Assembly (NCBI RefSeq): GCF_018350175.1
Contig: NC_058383.1
Span: 19,222,001-19,286,000 of the forward strand
Source of the DNA: Felis catus
Taxonomy: Eukaryota
Direction: 5' to 3'
DNA: 64,000 bases
The stretch's first letter is position 1, and each line of letters opens with the position of its first letter. The translations under genes were made by a program, and so were the position numbers. The notes below the pieces were generated by a model that was not told where the DNA came from, searched no databases, and saw only the letters and a list, made by a program, of their open reading frames with translations. Below are positions 26,441 to 38,935 of the stretch, piece by piece.

Positions 26441-27349
26441 AAACACCAGCCCTTCTAATGTTACCGATTTCCATGTGAAATTTAACACACGCAACGCCCC
26501 CCCCCCCCCCCCCCCCCCGCCCTGTGTTGCTCAGAAAGGTTGGGCCACTCACCCGGAGTCCCACAGCCTTAAGTAGCAATAGGATTCTAGAAGCCCCTGG
26601 CTCTCCGCCCTGGCACTCCGTGTCTCGAACGGGGCCTGCCGGTGTCGGCCATGGGAAACTTTCCTTCCCGGGAAGCCAGGCCTCCTGCCCTGTTCCTGTT
26701 CCCTTGGGGCTGGCCTCATTCTCATCTGACTTATTTAAGGCCGGGGCCCAACGTGCGGTCCCTATTAGGGCTGATCCATTTCTTCTTGTCACCAAGGCCT
26801 GCAAGATGGATCAGCCCCATTTTTCATCCCTTGCTTTTGGGGCCTCGCCAGGGCTGTGCAGCGTCATTGTGTCATTTCTCTTGTTTAATATGTGTGAGGC
26901 CGTTTGTCAAAATTCTGGCCCCAGCGCCTCCCCCATGCCCGCCCCAGGCACCAGGCAGGAGAGCAGCTTTGAGGCCAGACAGCACCAGCCTCTGCCTCCC
27001 CGCCCAGCAGAGCGAGACAGGCCGCGGAGACTGGGGAGGTCGGGGATCAGAGATGCCCAGCTGATGTTGGGCACCGGCTTCTGGGAGGGACACGTGCCCA
27101 GGAAGGGGAAGGGTCCATGGTTGAGAGTCAGACGGCCTCGTTCACGCCTTGCCGACATGCACTGCTGGGCCGCTGGGGGCAGGCACTGCGGAGGGGTGGT
27201 TGAAGGGCGGCCCCTGGGCTCAGACAGCTTGGGAGCAGATCCCCACTTTGACCCTCACCAGCCGTGGACTCGCACCAGGTCCCTCCGCCTCCCCGTGCCT
27301 CAGTATCCTCAGCTGTAAAGTGGGGAGATGGCCCGAGTCTGTTGGCAAG

Positions 27350-27857
27350 CAGTGTGTCAGTTTTCTGTGGATTTATAACACATCACCCTAAAATGTAGTG
27401 GCTTAAAATAAAAATGTGTTATTGTCTCTTATGGCTTAACGGGTTGACTGGGTTTAGCTGGGTATTCCTTGCTCGGCGTCTTCCATGACGCTTTGGTGGG
27501 ATGCTGGCCAGGGCTGGAGTCATCTGGGGCTTGGCTGGGCTGGGGGGTCCAAGCTGGCCCCTCCCAGCACTGGCTGTGGGTGCTGGCTGGGGGCTGGGGG
27601 CTCAGCTAGGCTGTCAGCAGGACCAGCTACTCCAGGCCGGTGGCCGGGCCCCTGCGGGGAGCAAGCATCCCGAGAGATCCGAGCAGAAGCTACAAGTTTA
27701 TTTTATGACCTTGCCTCAGAAGTCACACTGTCGTTTCCGCTGCTTCTGTTGGTCAAGAGCGAGTGATGGGCCAGATTCAAGGAGAAGGGGCCCACACAAA
27801 GCATGAACCCCGGGAGGTGAGGCTCCCGGTGGGGGGCATCCTTAGGGAGGGGCTGCA
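27350..27857. mobile_element. MLT1 solo LTR inserted in a MIR
   Basis: ATAACACATCACCCTAAAATGTAGTGGCTTAAAA...TTTTATGACCTTGCCTCAGAAGTCACAC...CCAGATTCAAGGAG; MIR sequence on both sides. Confidence 0.7.
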
Positions 27858-28219
27858 ATGAGGACTATGTGAAATAACACGTGTGAGGTGCTTAGCACAG
27901 AGGATGTGCTCACGCGTGTTATTATTAAAGGCAAGCAACCCAGCGTCTCAAGTGATTCATCTCTCGAGTCGATAATACTAATGCATGCCTCACAGGGTCT
28001 CCATCCGCCCTGGATGCACCGCTCACATTTGCTCCCAGGACTTTAGTGTTCTCTTAGTATCCAGCCCTGGCCGTGACTTCCTGTCACTGCCCAGCTCGCT
28101 GCTTTGGCCGTGATAGAGCTTCAGAACCCCATCCTCACCCTGAGCCCAGAGCCCCTCCAGCCCTCCCGCCTGTTTGGTTTTTTTTTTTTTTTTTTTTCCA
28201 AAAAAACTCTCCCCTTAGC

Positions 28220-28540
28220 CCAGGGGCTGAACCCAGCCAGTAGACGTTTTGTGTGGCCTGCCACGATGTTCTATAAAAGTTGTATTTGCTTTTAACAGTC
28301 TAAAAAGGTAAACATTTTAGGCAAAACTCCAAGTTTTGGGCTTCTCTTGACCATTAGGGGCTATGTCCTTGCCTAACTGGCATTGCCCCGTGGCAGCCGG
28401 CGGCCGAAGCTGAGGGCTGGCTGCCCCCCTAGATGGGGCCCATGCTGTCCGGTTCACCCCTGTCCCCACCACTCCTTCTCGCCTTATACTTTCCTCACTT
28501 CACCATCCAGCTGAGTCTGCGGGAATGTGAGTTTGTGACC
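28220..28540 (+). mobile_element. MER102-like fossil
   Basis: GTTTTGTGTGGCCTGC...GGCTTCTCTTGA...GGCTGCCCCCTAGATGGGGC...GTCCCCACCACTCC. Confidence 0.55.
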
Positions 28541-30205
28541 CCCACGTGGAATGTCAGCGTGTCCGTTTTCCTGGCGATGGCGGGGAAGGGGAAAGCTAGG
28601 CACTCTGCTTCTGATTTCAATTTGATCAAAGTGGAGAAAGGTAGAAAAAAGGCCCCTCCTACCACAACACACACAGTGGAACCCCAGTCCTGAGCATTTA
28701 GTCTGCAGACTGAGGGTAGGAGAGCATCGTGGAGCTGTAGCTTTATAAGAGCTAGAAGCCCAGAGAGGTTAAGCGATTTGGCACAGGTCACACAGCAAGA
28801 GAGCAGCAAGTTGGGCCAGGTCCCAGAGGGGTGGTGCCTCTCTGCTTCTGGGACCCCATCTGTGTGAAGTGTGATGGCCTCACTGCTACCCTCCTCCCTT
28901 CCTCCCCTTGTTCCCTTCCAGTCTCCACAACCCTGTGGAAACAGAAGGCTAGCCTCTTCCCTCTCTCTCAGGACCCTCGGCTGCCCTGCCCTCTCTGCGG
29001 GCCTTAGCTGGCATTTCAGCAGATCGATCCCTTAGGGGTGGGGGGTTCTGCTTCCATGACCGTAGAAGAACCTTGGCCCCAAAGAGCCACTGGGGAGGAT
29101 GTGTTTGCTGGTGTCCCTGCTGAGAGGCTGTGTGGTCAGCAGGAAGCTCTCACTCTTTCTCATGTCCCCCAAGGCAGGTGGTTCTTGCCTCCTTTTGTTT
29201 AACACCAACGAGGGGAAGGAGAGGTGTGGCCACCCAAGGACGCCTGCTGGCCATGGCTGGACTGCCTGGGGCCCCAGAACCTGCCATCATCAGCTCCTGG
29301 TCCCATCGGTTCTGGGGCACTGAGCATGGCCTGGACCGAGCATTTGGGCACAATGACTCTGTGCCCGTCTGGCCTGAAAGAGAACTAGGGCTGCCCCCCT
29401 CAGTGGTCAGTTAACAGTCTTCCCATGGAGGAGGGCCTGGGGGACACTGCAAGGTGGCATCTATGCATCTCTGAATCGGCCCCCAGCATTCCCCTGCCCC
29501 TGCCCCCCACAGCTCCCAGAGGACAGAGTGGTTGACAGTCACTCTGTCCACCCCATCACCCTCCCCTTTCCTTCCCACAGTGTCCACTCTGCTCTTGGCT
29601 CCAAAAATCAGGCCAACCACCCACGTACCTCAGGCAGCAGCCCAGGGGTGCACCAGCTCAGAATTGCAAGCTGCAAACAGCAGGAAGTGTTCCAGTCCCG
29701 AGGTTTTCAAACAGTGTCCTGCGTGAGGGCCCAGAGGGGTCTTGGGATGAGGCACCGCAGGGAGGATGAGGCCCTGAGCCCCTCACCCACATTAAAAGCA
29801 GGGCAGTATTTTTATAGCTGTTCAATCTCTATTTATTCATTCTGCAAATATTTATTGAGCACCTGCTATGTGCCAGGCACTGTCCTTGGTGCTGAGCATA
29901 TAGCCAGGAACAAAACAAAGCTACTGTTTTCATGAAGCTGATGTTCTGGGGCGGGAGTGGGGGAACTACCGCTTCTGGGATGATGGAATAGACATCCTTC
30001 TCCCTATTCCTCCTGCTAAGTCCCGGCTAGCACTCCTGGAACATTATACATAAAGCAGCATAAGAGGATGCTAAAAGGTAGACACGAGACAGCAGGCTGG
30101 CCAGGGACTGAGAGCATATTGGTGAGTACTTTTTGTCTAGCGCATCCCGATCTACAAATGAAGAAGTCAGCAAGCCAGCAATGCGAAAAGGCGTGCACGT
30201 GCGCA

Positions 30206-30206
30206 T

Positions 30207-30238
<32 letters not shown>

Positions 30239-30241
30239 ACC
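30206..30241. repeat. (CA)n microsatellite
   Basis: Direct inspection. Confidence 0.9.
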
Positions 30242-30329
30242 ACGGAGTCTGCTTTCTATAGCCAAAGACCAGGAAAGGGGCAGCCTACCAAGACAGAAAG
30301 TTTAGCAATAACCGTATAGTGATACATAA

Positions 30330-32410
30330 CAGACAAAAAAACAACAACCCCAACAACTGTGGTTTGACCCCCACTCATGCCAAGCTTAGACTCCCTCACC
30401 AGGCTATAAGGAGGCACCTAACTGCATGCCCCCTCACCTGCTGTGGTGGTGCCAGAGTAGGGAGCTGGGACTGTCACTTTGCTGGGAAAGTAACAAGCCC
30501 CACCCATCCCCAAGTGGCGGTGGAAATCCCACGGGGAGCCTGGACCTCACCTCCAGCAGGCGGTAACAGGACTGAACGTTTTCTCCCTAAGACTGGGAGC
30601 GCCACTCTTCCTCAACATAGTGCTGGAATTTCTTGCTAGTGCAGTAAAGCACGAAAAGTAAATAAAAGGCATACAGATTGGAAAGGAAGAAATAAACCAG
30701 ACTTGTTTGCAGATGACAGGATTGTCTATGTAGAAAAGTCCAAGACATCTACCAAAACATGCCTAGACCTAATGTATAGGTTCAGTAGAGTCTCAGGATA
30801 TGAGACAAATAATGTAAAAACCTATTATGTTTCCATAAACTGGAAACAAAACTAAAAATACAATACCATTTGCGTTCAACACAGTGAACACTTCATCATC
30901 AATCTAACAAAACATTTGTAGGCCTTCCATGGTGAAAACCACAAAATGCCAACGAAAGGAATCAGAGAAGATCCAAATAAATGGAGAGAGACAGCGTGTT
31001 TGTGGTGAAGACGTCAGTTCTCCTCGAGTTAGTATACAGTTTCATGCAATTCCTGTGAAAAATCTCAGCAAGATTTCTTGTAGGTATAGGTAAGATTATT
31101 TTAAAATTTATTAGGAAAGGCAAAGGAGCTAGAATAGCTAAAATAAGTTTCAAAAGGAAGGCTAAAAGTGGAAGGCTAAAATTGGGAAGTCTACCCAACT
31201 TCAAGACTTCATACATAGTTACGGTAGTCTAGATTGTGTGGTATTGGTGGAGGGGTAGACACACAGATCAATGGTGTGGAATAAGGAACCCAAAAATATG
31301 CCTCATTGATATTTGACAAAGATGCAGTTCCGTTCCGTGGAGGGGGGAGTAGCCTTTTCAACAAATATTGCAGGAGCTACTGGACAGTCATAGGTAAAAA
31401 AACAAAACAAAACAGAACAAAAAAGCACTCGATGCCTTATCTAAAAATTAACTCAGAATGGATCATGGACCTACATATACATTGTGAAATGATAAAGTTT
31501 TTAGAAGAAAAAAATAGAAAATCTTTGAATCTAGACCTAGGCAAAGAGGTCTTAGATTTAATATCGATTGGATCAAAAACATAAAAGGAACATTTGATAA
31601 ATTGGATTTCAGCAAAATTAAACACTTTTGCTCTGTGTCAGACCTTGTTAAGAGGTTGAAAAGACAAGTTGCTGAGGAAGAAAAGACTTGTTAGCCTCCG
31701 CTCTGACAAAGGACTCTTAGCTAGGATCAATGAAAACACTCAAAACTCAAAAGGAAACAATACCAGCAGCAAAACAACTCGATTAAAAAGTGGGCAGGAA
31801 GACATGAACAGAGATTTTGCCAAAGAGGATAAACAGATGGCAAGTAAGCAACTGAAAAGATGTTCACCACCATTAGCCATTAGGAAAATGCAAATGGAAA
31901 CCATGATGAGGTGTTACTACACATCTATCAGAATCGCTAAAATAAAAAAAAAAAAAGTGACAACATGAAATGCTGATGCAGATGTGGAGAAACTCAGCGA
32001 TATCAGGGAACAAATGGTTGATACATGCATCAGGGACGACTCTCCAGAGAATCACACCGAGTAAAAAAGCCAATCCCCAAGATACATGCTGTGCAATTCC
32101 ATTTATATAGCATTCTTAAAATGACAAGATTATAGAAATGAAGAACTGATTACTGGTTGCCAGAGTTTGGGAGGGGAGTGGGTGTGGCTGTAAAATGGCC
32201 ACAGGAGAGATCATCGCGGTGATGGATGGAAATATTCTGTATCTCGATTGTATCCATGTCAATATGCTTGTACTATGTTTGCAAGATGTTACCATGAGGG
32301 AAACTGGGGAAAGCGTACATGGATGGATCTCTCTGCATGATGTCTTACAACTGCATGTGAATCTATAATTATCTCAAAATAGAAAGTTTCATTTAAAAAC
32401 AAAGAATAAT
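30330..32410 (+). mobile_element. Degraded L1 (L1MC/MD-like): ORF2 3' half plus 3' UTR
   Basis: TTGCAGATGACAGGATTGTCTATGTAGAAAA is the decayed FADD motif region. ORF 31306..31584 (IFDK...SLFNKYC...PYLKINSEWIMDL) resembles the L1 ORF2p C-terminal region. Many stops and frameshifts. Confidence 0.85.
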
Positions 32411-32599
32411 AAATAATAGGGGGGAAAAAAGCTACAGGGGAATTACAGGGTGTGGTGAGGGCTGAGAGGACACTGAACAGGGGTATGTGATACAGAGAGA
32501 CTCCTCCTCTCGTTGGGTCATCAGAGTTGGTAGTTGACCTGCTCCTAGACAAGACTAGAAATTCACTTTAAAACTAAGCTATGTAGAAGAAGGGAATGT

Positions 32600-33400
32600 A
32601 TAAAAAGTAATTGTATAAGAACTTGGGTTGCCAATGACAGAAACCCAATTCAAATTGGCTTAGGGGAAAAAAAAATCTGATAAAGGAATTTGGGCACCCA
32701 TAACTGAAAAATCCAGGGATAATGGCTTCAGCTCAAGGATCTAGCTCCTTTTCGTGGCTCTGCTTTGAGGCAGCCTCATTAGCAGGTTGCATAGTGGCAA
32801 GGCAGGCCCCAGAAGCTCCAGGCTCAAATCCCACCCGTGTGGTACCCCAGGAGAAAGATGAGCCCTGTTTTCCAACAGCTTGAGCAAGAGTCCTGGGATC
32901 GGGTGTCACATGCCCATCCTTGAACCAATATCTGTGGCCAGAGGGAAGTGATGCTCTCATTGGCCAGGTGTTGGCCATGTGATCACGCCTAAAGGTGGGG
33001 GCGGGGGTGAGGCCAGCTCCATACAAACCACATGACCTGAGAAGAGGGGAGCACTGGTCCCTTAACAGAATGGATGCTGGTCAGACAAAACTAACCTATG
33101 TATCCTTGTGGAATCCCAGAAAAAGCCTGCTTCTTCATTTGCCATCATCATGCTTTTAATTTCTACCTGTCTAAACACGTACCGCACATTGAACTAGTCT
33201 TGAGTTTCATTGCTCAGAGGAGAGAGTATCTGGTTGGACCAACTTCCCAGATGTTCAGCCCTCATCCAGTCATCTATGAACAGGGGTGCGGGGTCACCTA
33301 CTGGACTCTTTGATGGACAAGGCCGTTCTAAGAGGGGCCAAGTGGACCCCATGCCTGTCTATTACAGCTACTCAGAGTTTCTGGGAGATCAAAATTAGCT
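32600..33400. mobile_element. MLT1-type LTR fragments
   Basis: GGTTGCCAATGACAGAAACCCAATTCAAATTGGCTTA...GTCACATGCCCATCCTTGAACCAAT...GGATGCTGG. Confidence 0.6.
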
Positions 33401-34618
33401 CATTATCATGAAAGAACAAGGAATCCATTAGTGGTTTTGGTGATAAGGTTCAGGTGATGATAGGGGATCCTTGGGAGAAAGGCTGAATCCACATACTTCC
33501 CCTTGCTTTTCTTCTGGATGGCCAGGGGCTGACAAAGAAGGGAGCAGTGGGTGTGGGAGATGGGCTGCACTGACCTTGAGGAATGCGTGGTGGTCACGTT
33601 GAGAGACCCAATGGGTGGCGGGCAGAAGGGGAGACGGGATGCTCTGAGACAGGGCAGCAAAGCTGAGCCCTTGATCTGGAGGAAACCAGTCATCAGGGCA
33701 GAGACTGGGGAGCAGGGACCGGGAGGCCTGACCGGTAGAACCAGGCTGGTACCCACTCCTGGTCAGAAGTAGGTGGGAGACCATTTCTAGAACGGACACT
33801 GGGTCAGAGGCGCAGCAGCCTGGACAGCTGGTCTCCTACCCCGTGCCGCCCTTCCCTGCTTTCCGGTTGTCGGGAGGACAGATTCTCCAGCCCCGGCTGG
33901 CTCAGCATACACATCAGGTGCGTGTGGCCAAGAGTCCACAGCTGTGCTTGAAGGAAGCGGACAACAGAAAGCCACACGGATCCTTATAACTTAATCTCTC
34001 AGGGGGAGAGTTTGGAGCTGAAGTCAGATAGAAGTGGGTGGGTAGTAAGAAGGTTGAAAATAGCAATGGTAGTAATGACCGCAAGCTGTTCTTGAGTGCC
34101 CGCTGTATGCGCCAGGCACTGTTCTAAGACGTTTTGAATGGCTCATTTCCTTTAACCCTTGCAACCATGCTGTGAAGGGGTGCTGTTGATGTGTCTGTTG
34201 AAGTGATATGAGGAATAAGAGGCAGAGGGGTTAAGCATCTTGCCCAAAGCATGCATGAACAGAGGTAATTTAACCCCCATGGAACCCAGCTTTTCGGGTG
34301 TCTGCCCCCATCCCCTTTTCTATCATCAACTTCACCTAATCACGCTCTCCCTCACTCCAGCATCCCCAACCTCCTGCAGACCGGAGACTGTTCTTTACTG
34401 CCTCATGCCTCCACACCTTTGCACACTCCCTTCCCTCTTCCTGGGATGCCCTTCCCTCTGGCAAAGGCTCACTCATCCTCCAAGACCCTGGGCAACACAA
34501 GCATCACTGTGTTCTGGTGACCTTCCCGGAGGCTGGCTCCCTTGGATAGAAGGCCTCGCCCTTTTCTTGCCTCCCAGTGATGAACTCTGTCATGTCTGCA
34601 TCCGTGCACAGACTGTGA

Positions 34619-35038
<420 letters not shown>

Positions 35039-35449
35039 TGAGTGATCTGACAGAAGCATCCCTGGGCGGTTGTGGGGTAGAAGGGACGGTCTGGGTGAGG
35101 CAGAGTTTGGACCCCATTGCGTTGGAATTTCTGGGACATTTTGATGTTTTTGTTGGATGTGAGGTTGCCTTGTGCTCAGAACCCAAGGAACTAAGGAGAA
35201 GAAAACTGAGTCTGAGAGTTTGCCATTTAGCCCATGCTTCTTAGAACCAAGATAAGGGTGCACAGAGAATGAACCCAGGTCCCCTTCTTGGGCTCTGTCA
35301 CAGCATTGAGTGAAAAGAGGACCCAGCAGTGGGGTTGTTTGTTGATGGCTGTTAGAGGAGGAGTCTCCTCAAGGTCAGGGACTGACCACCAGGCATCTGA
35401 TCACCTGAGTCCTCAGGGTCCAGTTGGGAATAGAGGAAGTAACAATAAA

Positions 35450-36580
35450 TGGTGAGTGTATGAATGGATGGATGAATGGATGGATGGTTGGGTGTATGTA
35501 TGTGGGTGGGTGGATGGACGGATGGATGGATGGACGGGGATGGGTAGGTGGATGGATGGATGGGTGGATGGGTGGATGGGTTGTTGGGTGTATGTATGTT
35601 TTGTTGGGTGGGTGGGTGGGTGGATGGATGGATGGATGGATGGACGGGGATGGGTAGGTGGATGGATGGATGGGTGGATGGGTGGATGGGTTGTTGGGTG
35701 TATGTATGTTTTGTTGGGTGGGTGGGTGGGTGGGTGGATGGATGGATGGATGGATGGATGGGTGAGTGGGTGGGTGGATGGGTAGTTGGGTGTATGTATG
35801 TTTTGTTGGGTGGGTGGGTGGGTGGATGGATGGATGGGTGGATGGGTGGGTGGTTGGGTTGTTGGGTGTATGTATGTATGGTGGGTGGGTGGGTAGATGG
35901 ATGGATGGGTGGATGGGTGGGTGGATGGGTGGGTGGGTGGATGGGTGGTTGGGTGTATGTATGTATGGTGGGTGGGTGGGTGGATGGATGGATGGGTGGA
36001 TGGATGGACGGGTGGACGGGTGGGTGGGTGGATGGGTAGTTGGGTGTATGTATGTTTTGTTGGGTGGGTGGGTGGGTGGATGCGTTGTTGGGTGTATGTA
36101 TGTATGGTGGGTGGGTGGGTGGATGGATGGATGGATGGATGGGTAGATGGATGGACAGGTGGGTGGGTGGATGGGTGGTTGGGTGTATGTATGTTTTGTT
36201 GGGTGGGTGTGTGGGTGGATGGGTGGATGGGTGGATGGGTGTATGTATGTATGGTGGGTGGATGGATGGATGGGTGGATGGGTGGATGGGTGGGTGGGTG
36301 GGTGGATGGGTGGTTGGGTGTATGTATCTATGGTGGGTGGGTGGGTGGATGGATGGATGGATGGATGGATGGATGGGTGGGTGGGTGGATGGGTGGTTGG
36401 GTGCATGTATGTTTTGTTGAGTGGGTGGGTGGGTGGATGGATGGATGGGTGGACGGGTCGATGGGTGGGTGGGTGGGTGGATGGGTGGTTGGGTGTATGT
36501 ATGTATGGTGGGTGGGTGGGTGGATGGATGGATGCATGGATGCATGAATAGATGGATGGATGGTGGATAATGAATGAGTG
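35450..36580. repeat. Complex (GGAT)n/(GGGT)n tandem repeat with periodic GGGTGTATGTATG spacers
   Basis: Direct inspection, about 1.1 kb. It explains the stack of Trp/Gly/Met and His/Pro/Thr pseudo-ORFs here. Confidence 0.97.
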
Positions 36581-38915
36581 GAAGGTAGGCTAACTTTCTA
36601 GTTAGCGTATTTCCTGGGACCACCTCCTTAATAAACTACCTGTCAAATCCTTATCACAGGGTCTGCTTTTAGGGGAGCTGACTGGATGTGTAATAATGCC
36701 TCTCAGTGGCAGGGAACTGAAGGGTTGTCCGGAGTGATGACAGAGCCTGGGCCTCGGGAAAAGGGGGAAGGAGGCTGCGGGGCTGGGCAGCATCGAGGAG
36801 CTGGACTCTCTGCGGGGCATTAGAAGGGCTTCAAGCCCAGGAGTCGCATGTAGAGGCACACACGGACCTGTCTCTCCTGTGCCACGTGGGTGTCCCTTCT
36901 GTCCCTTGAGCACTGCGAGCTCACCCCCTTGGGGCCCTTCGCACTTGCTACGCCCTTGCTTAGAAGACTCAGCTGGCTGGGCCACTCAGGCCTCGGCTTG
37001 AATGCCGCCTGCTCAGAGAGGCCTTCCTTAATCACTCGGTCTAAATTTGCCCCACACACTCTGTTCTAGTCGCTGTTGTTTTCAGAGCACCTACACAACC
37101 TGACCTTATTCTGTTTGTCTGTTGGATAGTTTGCAGGCTGTGAGCTCCACGGCAGAAGGCCTTCGCTGTCATATTCCCCACTGTATTCCGAGCACCTACA
37201 ACTAGGCCAGGCCCCCTAGTAGGTGTTTATTAAATTGGTTTTTTCTTGGGGTCATAAACTGAATTCTTCTCTTGGGAGACCTCAGGCCTGGCTGTGCCTC
37301 ACGCTCATTCAGCTCAAACTTTATGATCATCAGGCGGATTTAGCTTCCCAGCACCCCCACGCCAAAGTCCCAGGTCAGGGGTCCAGTCCCGGGGCGGCTC
37401 AGCTGGGGCCAGGACGGGGGTCAGACTAACCAGGCATACAGGGCCGCCTTGCCCCCGGGCGTGGACAGAGCATACTCATTAGGAAGGTGGCAGTGACTGG
37501 CGTCTCACGGGACCCCCAGTAGGAGCTCAGGAAACGTTTATAGCAGCCATACAGCCCGATGTCTGAAACCGCCCCATTAACACCGCACCAGCTGCCGCCT
37601 CGGCCGTGGAAGAGCCCGGGGCACCCACGGCCAGCCCTGTTTTGCTGAGACAGAAGACAGTACCCCCTCAGCAAGAAGTTGCCGTTTGCCAGTGCCCTGG
37701 TTGGAACGGTCCCTCACAGCTCAGGCCCCAGCAATGTGGGGGCAGATGAATGGGACCCAGCATATGTGCAGAATATCACTTTACGCGTTCATAACTTGAA
37801 CATTATGCAGAGGTTCATCAAATTTTATTTCCCTTCCTCTCTGAGGAGAGCATTTCAGCTTAGCTGGGCTGTTCTAATTTTTTTTTTTTTTTTTTTTTGG
37901 TGCTTTCCCCACTCAGAGCTCAGAGCACATGGATAGATCTCTGCACAGGTGGCTGCAAGTTGCCCAGCAGCAGCGGGGCTGCCCTTCTGCAGTGGCCAGT
38001 GTCCTCAGAACTGCAGCCAGGGACAGGAGGGGGGAGGTCCCGGGGGCCCACCGTGCCTTTGCTTCCTCCTCCTTGGGGCTGGGGGGTGCTGTGGAAGGAG
38101 CAAGGGGTGGAAGGAAGACTCGATCTGAGTGCAGGCATGTTCCAGTCCTGTGGCTTCGCTGCTGTGTGACTTCGGGTAAGGCACTGAGCCTGTCTGGGCC
38201 AGTGTCCTCCGACCCCAAGTGGGAGAGCCCTGAGCCGTCAGCAGCCTGGGAAGTCACACTTTGATACCCCAGGTGATGTGCTGGGTACGTTTTGTGTTTA
38301 GGCATCCATTTCGTCTGCTACTCATATGAAACATAAAGCTTGGTAATGATGAGTTTAGGATGATCGGCCTAGGAGACGGCATTTCAGATACTGGGAACCT
38401 AATAACCGTATGAATAACCACAGCAGACGTATGGTGCATGGCCTGTGCCAAACACTCTTCTGTCCGCTCTAGATTGTGGCCTCAGTGAATTCCACAGCCC
38501 CTGTGTGAGGTAGTAGGTACTATTGTGTCCCCATTTTATAGATGCAGAATCAAGGCACAGAGAGGTAAAGTGACTTGTCTAAGGTCACACAGCTGGTAAG
38601 TGCTAGAGCTGGGATTTGAAGCAGGCCACGGTCAGTCTCGTGAGGTGTGGCCTCTCAGGACTGGTCAGAAGCCTCTGCCTGACACTGAGGTGGGAGCTGG
38701 GTTTGCAGGGGTGAATGAGGGGAGTCTGCTGAGGGTCACAGGGTGAGAGTGGGGCTGGTGCCCTGGGAGAGGGTGAAGGGTCTCCCAGCCATCCCTGCCA
38801 TTCCTGTCTGGGGGAGAGGCATTGGTGGATCCCCCTTCCTCCAGGCCTCTCCTGCTGTACCCCGGACTGAGGACAATTTTAGAGGTTTTGAAATGCAGTG
38901 GGATGTGGAAGAAAG

Positions 38916-38935
38916 GTGTGTGTGTGTGTGTGTGT
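38916..38935. repeat. (TG)n microsatellite
   Basis: Direct inspection. Confidence 0.9.

Noticed and set aside
31306..31968. ORFs similar to L1 ORF2p
   Set aside because: Short remnants of a decayed L1, not a functional gene or active element.
35450..36580. CRISPR-like repeat/spacer periodicity
   Set aside because: The intervening sequences are simple repeats rather than unique spacers; mammalian context and no cas genes.
35352..36623. Long ORFs (423 aa, 343 aa and others) rich in H/P/T or W/G/M/V
   Set aside because: These are translations of a stop-poor tandem repeat, open in many frames on both strands.
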